The position numbers and the translations under genes are program-made. DNA of 53,075 nucleotides from a virus (taxonomy: Duplodnaviria; Caudoviricetes). Positions 52,287 through 53,075 of this stretch are shown piece by piece. Under the pieces are notes generated by a model. It was not told where the DNA came from and ran no database searches. It saw only the letters and a list, made by a program, of their open reading frames with translations. The stretch spans positions 1-53,075 of the IMG/VR virus record IMGVR_UViG_3300025030_000138. One strand, written 5' to 3'. Each line of letters starts with the position of its first letter. Position 1 is the first letter of the stretch.

Positions 52287-53075
52287 GCGCCCTCTACAAG
52301 GTCACCGGCCCAAACGGCGAGCCGATCCACAACGGCAGCGGCGCCTACTCGCTGCCGACTGCGGACGGCCCCGGGGCGTGGCGTGAGGAGGAGGTGGTCG
52401 AGCTCTGCCGTCGCGGCCTACACCTCACCGACTCCCCGGCGTGGTGGTGGGCGCCCAGCTGCCGGATCTGGGAGGTCGAGGCTGAGGGCGTCGAGGGTGT
52501 CTGCGACGACGCGGGAAGCCGCAAGGTCGTGGCGCGGCGGGTCCGGCTGCTCCGCGAGATCGTTGATGCCGCCGAGCTCGCCGAGCTGAGGATCTACACG
52601 AGCGGCGCCGTGGAGATCCGCGAGGGCAAGGCGGTGGCCTCCGGCAGCGCCTCGGTCGAGGCCTCCGGCAGCGCCTCGGTCGTGGCCTCCGGCAGCGCCT
52701 CGGTCCGGGCCTCCGGCAGCGCCTCGGTCGTGGCCTACGACAGCGCCTCGGTCGTGGCCTCCGGCAGCGCCTCGGTCGAGGCCTACGACAGCGCCTCGGT
52801 CGAGGCCTCCGGCAGCGCCTCGGTCGTGGCCTACGACAGCGCCTCGGTCGTGGCCTACGACAGCGCCTCGGTCGAGGCCTACGACAGCGCCTCGGTCAAG
52901 GCCTCCGGCAGCGCCTCGGTCGAGGCCTCCGGCAGCGCCTCGGTCGTGGCCTCCGGCAGCGCCTCGGTCGTGGCCTACGACAGCGCCTCGGTCGAGGCCT
53001 CCGGCAGCGCCTCGGTCGTGGCCTACGACAGCGCCTCGGTCGTGGCCTCCGCTCGGGTGACGGTCGTCCAGTGGC
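52283..53075 (+). CDS. DUF7666-like domain plus octapeptide repeat protein (continues at 1-180)
   Basis: ELCRRGLHLT...WEVEAEG...RKVVARRVRLLRE, then (V/E)A(SG/YD)SASV repeats; no stop before the window end. Confidence 0.75.
   Translation, partial: MSALYKVTGPNGEPIHNGSGAYSLPTADGPGAWREEEVVELCRRGLHLTDSPAWWWAPSCRIWEVEAEGVEGVCDDAGSRKVVARRVRLLREIVDAAELAELRIYTSGAVEIREGKAVASGSASVEASGSASVVASGSASVRASGSASVVAYDSASVVASGSASVEAYDSASVEASGSASVVAYDSASVVAYDSASVEAYDSASVKASGSASVEASGSASVVASGSASVVAYDSASVEASGSASVVAYDSASVVASARVTVVQW
52634..53041 (+). repeat. Coding tandem repeat, 17 x 24 bp
   Basis: NNGGCCT(C/A)CG(G/A)CAGCGCCTCGGTC units. Confidence 0.95.

Noticed and set aside
52634-53041. DGR-like adenine-specific variation in the 24-bp (and 12-bp) repeats
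   Set aside because: No reverse transcriptase or TR/VR pair is present. TAC and GAC changes always co-occur, which fits unit shuffling rather than independent A mutagenesis.

Overview
This window looks like a near-complete, circularly permuted genome of a GC-rich, lambda-like siphovirus. The two ends share 47 bp inside a tandem-repeat gene. A Myxococcota host is inferred from a myxobacterial-style Cys-rich lipoprotein, an sce7726-family gene and a sigma54-type promoter. The + strand arm (52041 through the junction to 13497) holds early and recombination genes: two DUF7666-like repeat proteins, a PD-(D/E)XK nuclease, a Sak4-like ATPase, an SSB-like protein, a RyR-domain protein and many small coupled ORFs. 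The - strand arm (51532 down to 13498) runs from Cro through a DNA methylase, a PAPS-reductase-like protein, nucleases and a primase-helicase. It continues through the terminases, a portal-2H-phosphoesterase-MuF fusion, head, tail and lysis genes. No integrase was recognised, and the CI-like repressor looks internally deleted. The most unusual observations are: (1) a 131-nt tRNA-shaped RNA with a 66-nt structured D-loop insertion inside the tail operon; (2) an RF2-like +1 frameshift signal in the tail chaperone gene directly downstream of it; (3) an array of small genes joined by shared direct repeats; (4) a 308-bp MITE with a 9-bp target duplication; (5) signal-peptide-bearing fibre-like genes in the head operon; and (6) the portal-2H fusion. 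All family assignments come from motif recognition by eye, not from database searches.
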